From: an archaeon BMS3Abin17 | GTDB taxonomy: Archaea; Nanobdellota; Nanobdellia; Pacearchaeales; GW2011-AR1 | DNA: 64,000 bases | Direction: 5' to 3' | Assembly (NCBI GenBank): GCA_002897655.1 | Contig: BDTJ01000044.1 | Span: 1,605-65,604 of the forward strand | Shown: piece by piece, positions 18,781-29,033 of the stretch | Position numbering within the stretch: the first letter of the stretch is position 1 | Layout of the letters: each line of letters opens with the position of its first letter | Made by a program: the position numbers and the translations under genes | The notes under the pieces: model-generated | Databases searched by the model: none | Told to the model about the DNA's origin: nothing | What the model saw: only the letters and a program-made list of their open reading frames with translations

Positions 18781-19169
18781 TTAATAGAAGACTTAAGAAA
18801 AAATGATTTTGGAGTTGAAGAAATTCCTGATCACAATCTTTTTAGATATATGATACGATTGGGTTGCCATGTTAGTACAGGAAGAATTAGAACTCCCCAT
18901 AGTTATATAACAAGGCAGGAGATTTATGTATTTACTAATTCAAAATTAGACGTGCCTGGTATCCCAAAATTAGACGAATTTCTTTCAAAATACAAGCAGT
19001 AATTTATTTAATATCACTGGAAAATCCAAAGGATTTCCTTCATAAATAAGCAAAGGTTTTTAAACCAATTTTGGGTATCTTTTATTATTGTAAAGTTGTT
19101 AAAGTCATCATTGGTGCAAACTATTCAATTTTACCTAATTAAACTCAAAACCCTAACAAATCCTCAAAA

Positions 19170-19376
19170 ATGCATGTTTTACAGCCTAAACATTCTAAAT
19201 TAAGTCAAAAAGACAATGAAGAACTATTGGGTAAATTAAATGTTTCTAAAGCTCAATTACCTAAAATTTTCTCAGATGACCCTGCACTGCCTGAAGGCTG
19301 TGATGTGGGAGATATAATCAAGATAGAAAAGAAAAATGATGATAAGATTGACACTTATTATAGGGTAGTGGTTTAA
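19170..19376 (+). CDS. rpoH: RNA polymerase subunit H (Rpo5)
   Basis: H-x-L-x-PKH, QLPKI..DP, GDIIKI, YYRVV. Confidence 0.93.
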   Translation: MHVLQPKHSKLSQKDNEELLGKLNVSKAQLPKIFSDDPALPEGCDVGDIIKIEKKNDDKIDTYYRVVV

Positions 19377-19382
19377 TGGTTG

Positions 19383-19454
19383 ACAATAAAATTAAAAACT
19401 TCAAAATTGAAATTTTGAGAGTCCCAGAAATTTTTAATTTCTGTGATTTTAAGC
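19383..19454 (+). repeat. Structured leader element, copy A (upstream of rpoB)
   Basis: About 73 nt that align to 53545-53618 (- strand); closing stem plus two hairpins. Confidence 0.7.
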
Positions 19455-19488
19455 CTCCAATTTGCATGGGGAAGAGAAATAAAGACAA

Positions 19489-22400
19489 ATGGTAGAAGAT
19501 AAAAAACACTCAATTGTAAAAAAATATCTGGAAGGACACTCATTAGTAGAATCAAATATAATTTCTTTTAATAATTTCATTGAAAAAAGAGTTCAGGAGA
19601 TTGTTGATGAAATATCAGAGACAATAAACAACGAGGATTTTGAAATAACTCTTGGAAAAATAGAGGTTAAGAAACCTCTTGTTATAGAGGCTGATGGAAG
19701 CTCGTCTTTTATAACTCCTTCTGAGGCAAGATTAAGAAACCTTACATATTCTGCACCAGTAACTCTTGAATTAACTGTTAAAAAAGACAACCAGGTTGAC
19801 TCAGAGATAGTTGAGATAGGAAGAATACCTATCATGGTAAAGAGCAAGGCGTGCAATACTTATGGAATGTCTAAAGAAGAACTAATTGGAAATTACATGG
19901 ATCCAATAGACCCTGGAGGATATTTTATAATTAAAGGAAATGAGAGAGTAATGGTTATGGCAGAAGACCTTGCTGAAAACCAACCTTTTGTTGAGACAAA
20001 CAACAAAGGTGAATTAGTTCTCAAAATGTTCTCTTTAAAAGGAACCTATAGAATACCTGTAACACTTACAGAAAATAAAGAGGGGATATCAAATGTTTCT
20101 TTTAGCAGATTCAAGGACATACCTTCAATAGTTATTCTAAAGGCATTAGGTCTGACAAAAGAATCAGACATTGCAAAATACATTGGAAAGGAAACTGACA
20201 GTGTTATTGTTAATCTTTATGAGTTTGTAAATATAGCTACAAAAGAAGACGCTATGATGCATATTGCAGAACAGACAAATCTGCAAGGAACAAGAAAAGA
20301 AATACTAGACAGAGTAAAGCAGAGAATTGATTCTTATTTATTCCCCCATATCGGACAGAAAAAAGAAGACAGAATAAAAAAAGCAGTAACCTTATGCAAA
20401 CTTATAAGACAATTTTTGATAGCAAAAAGAAATCCTGAGTTAAGAACAGACAAGGATCATTATGCAAACAAGAGAGTAAGACTTTCAGGGGATTTGCTTG
20501 CTACATTATTCAGAGTTAATCTTGGGATTTTAATAAGAGATATTCAATATTCACTTCAAAAATCTGCTAAGAGAAAAAAATTCTTCTCTATTAAGATAAT
20601 TGCTAAATCAACTTTATTCTCACATAGGATAGAATCTGCGATCGCCACAGGAAGCTGGACAGGAGAGAGAACAGGTGTAACACAGAACATGCAGAAAACA
20701 AATTATCTGGATACAATCTCACAATTACAGAGAGTAGCAAGTATGTTGCCTTCAGACCAGGAAAACTTCTTGGCAAGAACACTTCATCCTACTCATTATG
20801 GAAGATTCTGCCCTATAGAAACTCCTGAAGGAACAGAAATTGGTTTGAGAAAAAATCTGGCAATTTTAGCACGAGTCTCTACAAGAGTAGAACTTGAAGA
20901 GAGCAAATTCCTAAAAGAATTAGAATCAAATGGATTAAACCTTGATGAAGATAAAGGAACTGATGTATTTTTTAATGGAAGGTTTATAGGAGTTGTAGAG
21001 AATGCAAAAGATTTTGTTAAAAAATTAAGGGAAAGAAGGAGAAATAACCAGCTTCCAATTCAACTGAGTGTAAGGGATGATTCTAATTTTGAATCTGTCC
21101 TGATTTCTACAGAGCCGGGAAGAGTTCTAAGGCCTCTAATAATTGTTGAGGAAGGAGTTTCAAGATTAAAAAAAGAGCATTTAGTCAAATTAGACCAGAA
21201 TGAATTAAAATGGGCTGATTTAATAAACCAGCAAATAATAGAATATCTTGATGCTTCAGAAGAGGAAAATGCACTTGTTGCATTATATGAAGAAGAAATA
21301 ACCCCAAGCCACACCCATCTTGAAGTAGATAGCATAGATTTATTCGGGGTTGTAACAAGTATTGTTCCATACATCAATCATGACCAAAGCCCAAGATTAA
21401 TAAAAGGGACTAAGACTCAAAAGCAGGCTCTTGGATTATATTCTGCCAATTATCTCTGCAGACTTGACACAGATGTAAGTATTCTTCAATACCCTCAAAA
21501 ACCAATTGTCAGAAGTTTTGTTTATGATACTCTAAAAACCTATCCTGCAGGACAAAATCTTGTTGTTGCAATCATGACTCATGAGGGTTATAATATGGAA
21601 GACGCACTTGTCTTTAATAAAGGAAGCCTTGACAGAGGAGTTGGAAGAAGCTTTTACTTCAGGCCTTATTCTGCAGTAGAAATGAATTATGCAGGAGGAT
21701 TAAAAGATACTATCGGAATACCTGAAAAAGATACATCTGGATATAAGATGGAGGCCAGCTACAAGCATCTAGAAAATGATGGAATAATCTATCCTGAAGC
21801 AGAAGTAGACGAAGGGGAGGTTCTTATTGGAAAAATGTCTCCTCCAAAATTCTTGTCAGAAGCAAGAGAGATTTCAGTAAGAACAAAAAAAGAATCTAGT
21901 GTTACAATGAGGCAAGAGGAAAAAGGAATTATTGAATCTGTTTTTGTAACAGAAGATGCTGAAGGGAACAAGATTGTCCAAGTTAAAACAAGAGATCAAA
22001 GAATCCCAGAGTTAGGAGATAAATTTGCTACATCTCACGGACAAAAAGGAGTTATTGGGATGATTGTTCCTGAAGAAGATGTTCCATTTACATCAAGTGG
22101 GATAAGACCAGATGTAATATTCAATCCACATGGACTTCCTAGTAGAATGACTGTAGGTTATCTTTTAGAATTACTAGCAGGAAAAGTTGGTTGTTTGAAA
22201 GGAGAAGTAATTGATGGTACTGCATTTTCAGGAAGAAGCAAAAAAGAATTAGAAGAGCAGATGAAAGAATTAGGATTTCGGTCTGATGGAAAAGAAACAA
22301 TGTACAATGGGGTTACAGGGAAGAGAATTGTATCAAAAATATTTGTAGGAAACTTATATTATCTAAAACTAAAATATATGGTTGCAAATAAGTTGCATGG

Positions 22401-22746
22401 AAGAGCCTCTGGAAAAATAGCTCTTTTAACAAGACAACCTATTGAAGGAAGATCAAGAGGGGGGGCACTTAGATTAGGTGAGATGGAACAGCAGGCATTA
22501 GTTGCACATGGTGCATCTTTATTGCTGAAAGAAAGATATGATTCTGATAAAGTAACACTTCCAATATGCACAAAATGCGGCTCTATTGCAATAGAAGACA
22601 ACATAAGAGATAAGATAATCTGCCCTGTTTGCAGCAGCGAGGATGTAGAACATATTGAGGTTTCATATGCATTTAAATTATTGATAGAAGAATTACAAGG
22701 ATTGCACATTCATACAACCTTTGATTTAAAAAATAAATACGAATAA
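19489..22746 (+). CDS. rpoB: RNA polymerase subunit B (Rpo2), unsplit
   Basis: GGYFIIKGNERV, ETPEG, YNMEDA, GDKFATSHGQKG, GLRLGEME-like motif, C-terminal zinc finger. Confidence 0.98.
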   Translation: MVEDKKHSIVKKYLEGHSLVESNIISFNNFIEKRVQEIVDEISETINNEDFEITLGKIEVKKPLVIEADGSSSFITPSEARLRNLTYSAPVTLELTVKKDNQVDSEIVEIGRIPIMVKSKACNTYGMSKEELIGNYMDPIDPGGYFIIKGNERVMVMAEDLAENQPFVETNNKGELVLKMFSLKGTYRIPVTLTENKEGISNVSFSRFKDIPSIVILKALGLTKESDIAKYIGKETDSVIVNLYEFVNIATKEDAMMHIAEQTNLQGTRKEILDRVKQRIDSYLFPHIGQKKEDRIKKAVTLCKLIRQFLIAKRNPELRTDKDHYANKRVRLSGDLLATLFRVNLGILIRDIQYSLQKSAKRKKFFSIKIIAKSTLFSHRIESAIATGSWTGERTGVTQNMQKTNYLDTISQLQRVASMLPSDQENFLARTLHPTHYGRFCPIETPEGTEIGLRKNLAILARVSTRVELEESKFLKELESNGLNLDEDKGTDVFFNGRFIGVVENAKDFVKKLRERRRNNQLPIQLSVRDDSNFESVLISTEPGRVLRPLIIVEEGVSRLKKEHLVKLDQNELKWADLINQQIIEYLDASEEENALVALYEEEITPSHTHLEVDSIDLFGVVTSIVPYINHDQSPRLIKGTKTQKQALGLYSANYLCRLDTDVSILQYPQKPIVRSFVYDTLKTYPAGQNLVVAIMTHEGYNMEDALVFNKGSLDRGVGRSFYFRPYSAVEMNYAGGLKDTIGIPEKDTSGYKMEASYKHLENDGIIYPEAEVDEGEVLIGKMSPPKFLSEAREISVRTKKESSVTMRQEEKGIIESVFVTEDAEGNKIVQVKTRDQRIPELGDKFATSHGQKGVIGMIVPEEDVPFTSSGIRPDVIFNPHGLPSRMTVGYLLELLAGKVGCLKGEVIDGTAFSGRSKKELEEQMKELGFRSDGKETMYNGVTGKRIVSKIFVGNLYYLKLKYMVANKLHGRASGKIALLTRQPIEGRSRGGALRLGEMEQQALVAHGASLLLKERYDSDKVTLPICTKCGSIAIEDNIRDKIICPVCSSEDVEHIEVSYAFKLLIEELQGLHIHTTFDLKNKYE

Positions 22747-22747
22747 G

Positions 22748-22978
22748 ATGAGTAAAGAAGAAACAACATATAATTTAAGAAAGGATAGGATTGGAGAAGA
22801 TGAAGTTACATTTAGTGTTGAAGATATCAACAACATAGCAAAACGCGACCCCGACACCGCAGTAAGATTATATAGTGAATTAAAACATGGTGGGAAAGAG
22901 CCTCCAAGTGCAAGATATACTATAAAATCAAATCAAACTGGGTCAAAAGATATTTTAAAAGTATGGGGGCCCCAATAA
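22748..22978 (+). CDS. Orphan ORF between rpoB and rpoA
   Basis: 76 aa; 1 nt after the rpoB stop and abutting the rpoA start. Confidence 0.6.
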   Translation: MSKEETTYNLRKDRIGEDEVTFSVEDINNIAKRDPDTAVRLYSELKHGGKEPPSARYTIKSNQTGSKDILKVWGPQ

Positions 22979-25900
22979 ATGGCAAAAATAATAAGAAAAA
23001 AAGTTGGAGCAGTTAGATTTTCATTGCTTAATCCTGATAAGATTAAGAAATTATCAGCTGTAAAAATAGTAACTCCTGAACTTTACAATATTGATGGTTA
23101 TCCTGTTGACGGAGGACTTATGGATTTGAAACTTGGAGCAATAGACCCTGGAATGAGGTGCAGAACCTGTGGGGGAAGATTAAAGGAATGTCTTGGACAT
23201 TCTGGAAGCATTGATTTAGCAAGACCTGTTATGCACTTAAAATATATCCCTTTAATAGAATTAGGATTAAGATGCTTTTGCCATGACTGTGGAAAATTAA
23301 TGATGGCTGATAAGGACCTGGAAAAATACACTCCAAGTGAAAGAGCAAAAAAAGCAAAAGATGGAAAAAAATGCCCACATTGCAATGCAGCACATGATAA
23401 AGTCAAGATTGACAAACCAACTAGTTTTTATACAGGTAAAAAAAGAATATTCCCGACAGAAATAAGAGAGATATTAGTTAATATTCCAGATGAGGAATTA
23501 AAAAAGATAGGTGTTAATTCAGAAACATGCAGGCCTGAATGGGCTGTATTGACCACACTGTTAGTTCCTCCTGTAACTGTAAGGCCCAGTATTATTCTTG
23601 AATCAGGAGAGAGAAGTGAGGATGATTTAACACATAAACTATCAGATATTATACGAGCCAATCAAAGACTTTGGGAAAATCTTAATGCAGGTGCTCCTGA
23701 AGTAATTATTGAGGATTTATGGGACTTATTGCAATTCCATATTACAACATTTTTTGATAATACTGTTGCAAGAATTCCTCCTGCAAGACATAGAAGCGGA
23801 CAACCATTAAAGACAATAACAGAGAGAATTAAAGGTAAAGAAGGAAGAATTAGAAAAAACATTGCAGGTAAGAGGGTTAATTATTCAGGAAGGACAGTTA
23901 TATCTCCTGACACTTCAATAGAAATCAACGAAGTAGGAGTTCCTTATGAAATTGCAAAAGTTGTTACTGTTTCTGAAACTATTACTGATTTGAATATGAA
24001 TAAATTAAAACAATTAATTGAAAAATCAGAAGAATACCCCGGAGCAAATTATATTATAAGACCTGATGGAAAAAGAAAAAAGATTTCACCTGAGCTTAAA
24101 GAAGAAATAATTAGTGAGCTTACACCAGGATACAAAGTTGAAAGGCACCTGCAAGATGGAGATATTGTACTTTTCAACAGACACCCAAGCCTGCACAGGG
24201 GAAGTTTAATGGCTCATTATGTAAGGGTCTTGCCAGGGAGAACATTCAGACTACATCCTGCAACAACATTTCCCTATAATGCTGACTTTGATGGTGATGA
24301 GATGAATATACACTCTCCACAGACAGAAGAGGCAAGAGCAGAGGCAAAAGTGCTTCTTGATGTTAAGAAAAATTTAATGTCTCCTAAAAATAATACAAAC
24401 CTTTTAGGCTCTAAGGCAGATGCAATCACAGGAGCTTATTTACTTGGGATAGATGAGCTTACTGGAGATTATGCAAACCAACTTTTATTCAAATCAGGAA
24501 TTAAAAAGCAGGTTTCTAAGAAGAATATCTCTGGAACAGATGTGTTTTCTGAAATATTGCCTAAGATTAATTTTTCAAATAATTCTGTGAAAATAAAGGA
24601 TGGAAATATTATTAGTGGAAAAATAGACAAAACTCTTTTTGGTGAAGAGGACGGGGAATTAATTCAAGAACTTGATAAGGAGGTTGGAAGAGAAGAAACT
24701 ATTGACATAATAAAAAAGGTGTTTAGTTTAGGAACAAATTATATTACAGACAGAGGTATAACAATCTCTGTTAATGATTTGGATTTAGAAGAAAATGTTG
24801 TTGAAGCAGGGATAGAGATTACTAAAAAAGCTGAGAAGAAAACAGAAGATATAATCAAATCTTACAAAGAAGGCACTCTTGAAGTAATTCCTGGTAAGAC
24901 AAGAGAAGAATCAAGAGAGATAAATATATTGCAGGTTTTAAATGAGGTTAGAACAAAAATTGGTGCGATTGCCAAGAGAGAATTCCCAAAAGATAATCCT
25001 GTTAACCACATGATTCAATCAGGAGGGGGTGGAAATATATTAAATATAGCTCAGATGGCTTGTTGTGTTGGACAGCAGGCCTTATGGGGCAAGAGAATTG
25101 ATATAGGATATACAAAAAGAACATTATCCTTCTTTAAGCAAGGAGATTTATCTCCAAAATCAAGAGGGTTTATATCAAATCCTTTTATAAAAGGGTTAAG
25201 ACCTGATGAATTTTTCTTCGGGGCAATTACAGGAAGAGATTCTTTAATGGATACTGCATTAAGAACTCCTAAATCAGGCTATTTATATAGAAGATTAGCC
25301 AATGCCCTTCAAGATTTAAGAATAGAATATGACGGGACAATAAGAGATAGCAACAACAACATAATACAATATAAATATGGCGGAGACGGGTTAGATGTGT
25401 CTAAACTTCATATTAAAGGTAAGTTAGAATCAGGTGAAGCAATTGGAATTATTACTGCTCAATCATTTGGTGAGCCTTCAACACAAATGGCATTAAGTGT
25501 ATTTCATTTTGCAGGTGTCCAGGAGATGCAGGTTACAATGGGTCTTCCAAGATTAATTGAGATTCTTGATGCCAGGAAAAAGCCCTCATCTCCAAAAATG
25601 GAGATTTATCTTAATCAGGATTATAATAATGAAAAAGATGCGAGAATTTTTGCTGAGAAAATAAAAGAAGTAACAATAAAAGAGATTTCTTCAGAAATAA
25701 ATCTTGATTTCAGTGATAAAAAGATTGAAATAAAAATTGACAAAGAAGCATTAAGGCAGACACATACACCTATTAAGAAAGTTGTTGAGAAGCTTAATGA
25801 TTTAGGATTTAAAGCAAAGGAGAAAACAGATGCAATAGTGCTAAATGCTTCTGAATATAGTTTTAGAGAGATATATAAGTTAAAAGAAAAGTTTAAAGAG

Positions 25901-26467
25901 ACAATAATTTCAGGGATTAAGGGAGTAAGCCAAATTTTAATTGTAAAAAAAGAAAGAGACTATGTTGTAATGACTTTAGGAACAAGTCTAAAGAAAATAA
26001 TTGAATTAAAAGAAGTGAACAAGAATAAACTAATCTCTAATGATTTTCACGAGGTTGCAGGTGTCTTTGGAATTGAGACAGCAAAACAATTAATAATTGA
26101 AGAAATAAAAAATGTTATCAATACTCAGGGGCTTGATATTGATATGAGGCATTTAAATCTTGTTGCAGATGCAATGACAAATACCGGAAGTGTGAAAGGA
26201 GTTACAAGAATGGGAATTATAGCTCAAAAAGAATCAATACTTGCAAGAGCAACATTTGAGACACCAGACAAGCAGTTTGTGAATGCATCTATAAAAGGGA
26301 GCAAGGACAAATTGACAAGTGTTATAGAAAATATAATTCTTAATCAGCCAGTTCCAATTGGAACAGGATTACCAGGACTTCTTGTAAAAGTTGTTGGACC
26401 TTTGACAAAAAAAGAAGAAGACAAAAAGACAGCTAAAACAAAAGTAGTTGAGAAAGTAAATAAATAA
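22979..26467 (+). CDS. rpoA: RNA polymerase subunit A, fused A'+A'' (Rpo1)
   Basis: NADFDGD catalytic motif and SGYLYRRL, continuing directly into the A'' motifs GEAIGIITAQSFGEPSTQM, GLPRLIE and ARATFE. Confidence 0.97.
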   Translation: MAKIIRKKVGAVRFSLLNPDKIKKLSAVKIVTPELYNIDGYPVDGGLMDLKLGAIDPGMRCRTCGGRLKECLGHSGSIDLARPVMHLKYIPLIELGLRCFCHDCGKLMMADKDLEKYTPSERAKKAKDGKKCPHCNAAHDKVKIDKPTSFYTGKKRIFPTEIREILVNIPDEELKKIGVNSETCRPEWAVLTTLLVPPVTVRPSIILESGERSEDDLTHKLSDIIRANQRLWENLNAGAPEVIIEDLWDLLQFHITTFFDNTVARIPPARHRSGQPLKTITERIKGKEGRIRKNIAGKRVNYSGRTVISPDTSIEINEVGVPYEIAKVVTVSETITDLNMNKLKQLIEKSEEYPGANYIIRPDGKRKKISPELKEEIISELTPGYKVERHLQDGDIVLFNRHPSLHRGSLMAHYVRVLPGRTFRLHPATTFPYNADFDGDEMNIHSPQTEEARAEAKVLLDVKKNLMSPKNNTNLLGSKADAITGAYLLGIDELTGDYANQLLFKSGIKKQVSKKNISGTDVFSEILPKINFSNNSVKIKDGNIISGKIDKTLFGEEDGELIQELDKEVGREETIDIIKKVFSLGTNYITDRGITISVNDLDLEENVVEAGIEITKKAEKKTEDIIKSYKEGTLEVIPGKTREESREINILQVLNEVRTKIGAIAKREFPKDNPVNHMIQSGGGGNILNIAQMACCVGQQALWGKRIDIGYTKRTLSFFKQGDLSPKSRGFISNPFIKGLRPDEFFFGAITGRDSLMDTALRTPKSGYLYRRLANALQDLRIEYDGTIRDSNNNIIQYKYGGDGLDVSKLHIKGKLESGEAIGIITAQSFGEPSTQMALSVFHFAGVQEMQVTMGLPRLIEILDARKKPSSPKMEIYLNQDYNNEKDARIFAEKIKEVTIKEISSEINLDFSDKKIEIKIDKEALRQTHTPIKKVVEKLNDLGFKAKEKTDAIVLNASEYSFREIYKLKEKFKETIISGIKGVSQILIVKKERDYVVMTLGTSLKKIIELKEVNKNKLISNDFHEVAGVFGIETAKQLIIEEIKNVINTQGLDIDMRHLNLVADAMTNTGSVKGVTRMGIIAQKESILARATFETPDKQFVNASIKGSKDKLTSVIENIILNQPVPIGTGLPGLLVKVVGPLTKKEEDKKTAKTKVVEKVNK

Positions 26468-26585
26468 TTTTAACAGCCATAAGTTTATAAAACATATACC
26501 TCTAAGATTTTTATAAAACAACAAAATTTATTTGTAAATTTTGAGCATTTAAATTTCAAAATACCGATAGAGATAAAATTTAAAC

Positions 26586-27002
26586 ATGGGGAAAACAATT
26601 AATATGCAGGATATGAGGTATCTTAACTTGTTCAGGAAGATGACAAGGATAAGCACGAGATTCTGTTTTAAATATAACGAAACAATAGTTTTTTGTGTCC
26701 CAAAAAATATGATTTCAAAAGCACTTGGGGAAAATGGAAGAAATATAAAAAAAATGAGTGAGATTCTCAGAAAAAAGATAAAGATTGTCCCAAAACCAAG
26801 AAACATTGAGGATTCAAAGATATTTATTCAGGCAATTGTAAATCCAGTCAGATTCAAGGATTTAAATATCAATGACAATGAAATGATTTTGACTGCAGGA
26901 AACCAGAGCAAGGCAGCATTGATAGGCAGAAACAAGAGAAGACTTTTAGAAATGCAGGAGATTGTCAGAGATTTCTTCGGAAAAGAGTTTAGGATTGTTT
27001 AA
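26586..27002 (+). CDS. nusA: Archaeal NusA-like KH protein
   Basis: Two KH GxxG-like motifs (LGENGRN, IGRNKRR); canonical position after rpoA. Confidence 0.85.
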   Translation: MGKTINMQDMRYLNLFRKMTRISTRFCFKYNETIVFCVPKNMISKALGENGRNIKKMSEILRKKIKIVPKPRNIEDSKIFIQAIVNPVRFKDLNINDNEMILTAGNQSKAALIGRNKRRLLEMQEIVRDFFGKEFRIV

Positions 27003-27041
27003 AACACAACTTTTAAAAATTGTAATATTAAGAGAATCTAT

Positions 27042-27308
27042 ATGGATTCCAAAGATTGTCTTATAGGTAAAAGGATAAGTCTCTCAAAAGAGCAGAATTA
27101 TATGTTAAGGGTTGTTGATAAGTCCCAGGGGATCAAAAAGAATGAATTAATAGCTATAACTGGTCTTGACTTGTTTGTTGATAAATCAAAAGTGGAAATG
27201 GAATTTAACAAATTAGTAAAAAGAAGTCTCATCCATAATCATCCAATCTTTGGTCCTGATGGAGAAATTATTGGGAGGTCAGAATATTATGAATCAGCAT
27301 ATCTTTAA
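27042..27308 (+). CDS. Orphan ORF, possibly wHTH
   Basis: 88 aa with own TATA-like element. Confidence 0.5.
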   Translation: MDSKDCLIGKRISLSKEQNYMLRVVDKSQGIKKNELIAITGLDLFVDKSKVEMEFNKLVKRSLIHNHPIFGPDGEIIGRSEYYESAYL

Positions 27309-27436
27309 TCCTCTCAAAAAGGTTTAAAAACTAATTTTAGTATCAATATTTATCTATGTCAGAAATTAAAAATTTCTGAGCATCTAAAAATCCAGACTGT
27401 GCCTACGCACAGAAAAGATTAAAGGATTTTAAGAAA

Positions 27437-27859
27437 ATGGGATTAAAAAGCGCTTTAAAGTTAAAACAGATAAGAAAGAAATTCAGATGGAAAGACAGGC
27501 ATTACAAAGTGAAAACTCTTAATCTTTATGCTAAATCAGACCCTCTAAAAGGAGCAAATCAGGCAAAAGGAATTGTTCTTCAAAAAATTCAAAAAGAAGC
27601 AAAACAGCCAAATTCTGCAATGAGAAAGTGCTGCAAGGTCCAATTAACTAAGAATGGAAGGCAGGTTACTGCATTTATTCCAGGAAATCTTGCACAAAGA
27701 TTTATCGACGAACACGACGAAGTAATGATTGAAAGAATTGGTGGAAAGCAAGGAAGAAGTAAGGGAGATATTCCGGGTGTTAGATTTCAAGTTATTAAAG
27801 TAAATGATCAGCCTCTGCACAGACTTGTAAAAGGCAAGATAGAAAAAGGTAGAAGATAA
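27437..27859 (+). CDS. rps12: 30S ribosomal protein S12 (uS12)
   Basis: [20 protein letters not shown]. Confidence 0.97.
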   Translation: MGLKSALKLKQIRKKFRWKDRHYKVKTLNLYAKSDPLKGANQAKGIVLQKIQKEAKQPNSAMRKCCKVQLTKNGRQVTAFIPGNLAQRFIDEHDEVMIERIGGKQGRSKGDIPGVRFQVIKVNDQPLHRLVKGKIEKGRR

Positions 27860-27996
27860 TGAGTGGAATAGAAAATCCTTTTATCTCAGCAACAAATATT
27901 GAAAGATATTATAAGGAGAGAGGTAAGAAAAATATACCAATATATGAAAGTAAAAAGACAATTGATAACATATTAAAAAATATAAGTAATAATTAA
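27859..27996 (+). CDS. 45-aa orphan ORF between rps12 and rps7 (below ORF-track cutoff)
   Basis: TAATG-coupled to rps12; [18 protein letters not shown]..; ends 1 nt before the rps7 ATG. Confidence 0.5.
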   Translation: MSGIENPFISATNIERYYKERGKKNIPIYESKKTIDNILKNISNN

Positions 27997-27997
27997 A

Positions 27998-28597
27998 ATG
28001 ACACAACAGTTTAAGATTTTCGACTTGTATGACATAAGCAATATAAATATAGAAGATCCTGGATTAAAGAGTGCTATAAATCTGCAGCCTAAATTAGTTC
28101 TTAAAAGTCATGGAAGAAATGTCCAAAAATTAGGGCAGATAAAAATAAATATTGTTGAGAGATTAATGAACAAACTTGCTGTTGCAGGACACAGAGGTAA
28201 AAAACACAGAATTGGTTTTGGAAGATCAACAGGAAAGTATACAAAAAATATGAAGACTGTTCTGGAAGCATTTAAGCTAATAGAAAAGAGGATTCAGAAA
28301 AATCCTGTTGAGGTATTGGTCAAGGCTATTGAAAAAGCTGCACCAAGAGATGAGATAACAGTAATTGAATATGGCGGAGCAAGATATCCTCAAGCAGTTG
28401 ATGTCTCTCCATTAAGAAGAGTTAATATTGCATTAAAACATATTATTCACGGGGCATCTGACAAGGCATTTAACAAGAAAAAAACAATTGCACAGGGATT
28501 AGCAGAAGAAATCATTCTTACATATGAAGATAATGGTGAGAGTTTTGCCTTGAGAAAAAAGAACGAGGCAGAAAAACAAGCTGATAGTGCTAGGTAA
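27998..28597 (+). CDS. rps7: 30S ribosomal protein S7 (uS7)
   Basis: IVERLMN, GGARYPQAVDVSPLRR, C-terminal SAR. Confidence 0.96.
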   Translation: MTQQFKIFDLYDISNINIEDPGLKSAINLQPKLVLKSHGRNVQKLGQIKINIVERLMNKLAVAGHRGKKHRIGFGRSTGKYTKNMKTVLEAFKLIEKRIQKNPVEVLVKAIEKAAPRDEITVIEYGGARYPQAVDVSPLRRVNIALKHIIHGASDKAFNKKKTIAQGLAEEIILTYEDNGESFALRKKNEAEKQADSAR

Positions 28598-28644
28598 TTC
28601 ATCGCAATAATCCTTATAAACTAATTATTGAATTTCTCATTAAG

Positions 28645-28956
28645 ATGTTTGCCCTGTTAAAAGATTCATGGTATTTTCTTGTTGGCTGGGAAAGTGAGGA
28701 TATATTAGAAAAAACAGGTATTGTGAATGAATCAAAAAAGAATGGAGTATTTGATTGTTTAAAAATAGTTGTGGATAATGATTCATTTTATAGTGCAGAA
28801 AAGTACGAAAAGGATATTCCAGAAAACGGTAAAAAAGTGAATGTGAAATATAGAGAAAGGATATCTGGCATTATTGAGCTGGGATTGGATAAGTTCTTTG
28901 GTCAGGATATTCCAAAAAAACACAATAAATTGCTGGAAATAAAAGTATTAGAATAA
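28645..28956 (+). CDS. Orphan ORF
   Basis: 103 aa with own TATA-like element. Confidence 0.5.
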   Translation: MFALLKDSWYFLVGWESEDILEKTGIVNESKKNGVFDCLKIVVDNDSFYSAEKYEKDIPENGKKVNVKYRERISGIIELGLDKFFGQDIPKKHNKLLEIKVLE

Positions 28957-29033
28957 AAGTTTCTTAAGAAACTTTTATAAAGTAATTTTAGCAACAATAT
29001 TTATTCTAAGTGTTTTAGAGGAGTTATAATATT

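Larger units (their letters stand above)
17956..19002 (+). pseudogene. Hypothetical gene interrupted by the IS200/IS605 element
   Basis: 5' half from ATG 17956 (MKQVGK..DGKTQK) and 3' half 18781-19002 (LIEDLRK..KYKQ*) are in the same frame. Confidence 0.65.

Noticed and set aside
19376-19488. rpoB leader element as another BHB intron
   Set aside because: A GGTT/AGCC helix exists, but the bulges are not both 3 nt and the predicted splice gives no in-frame product
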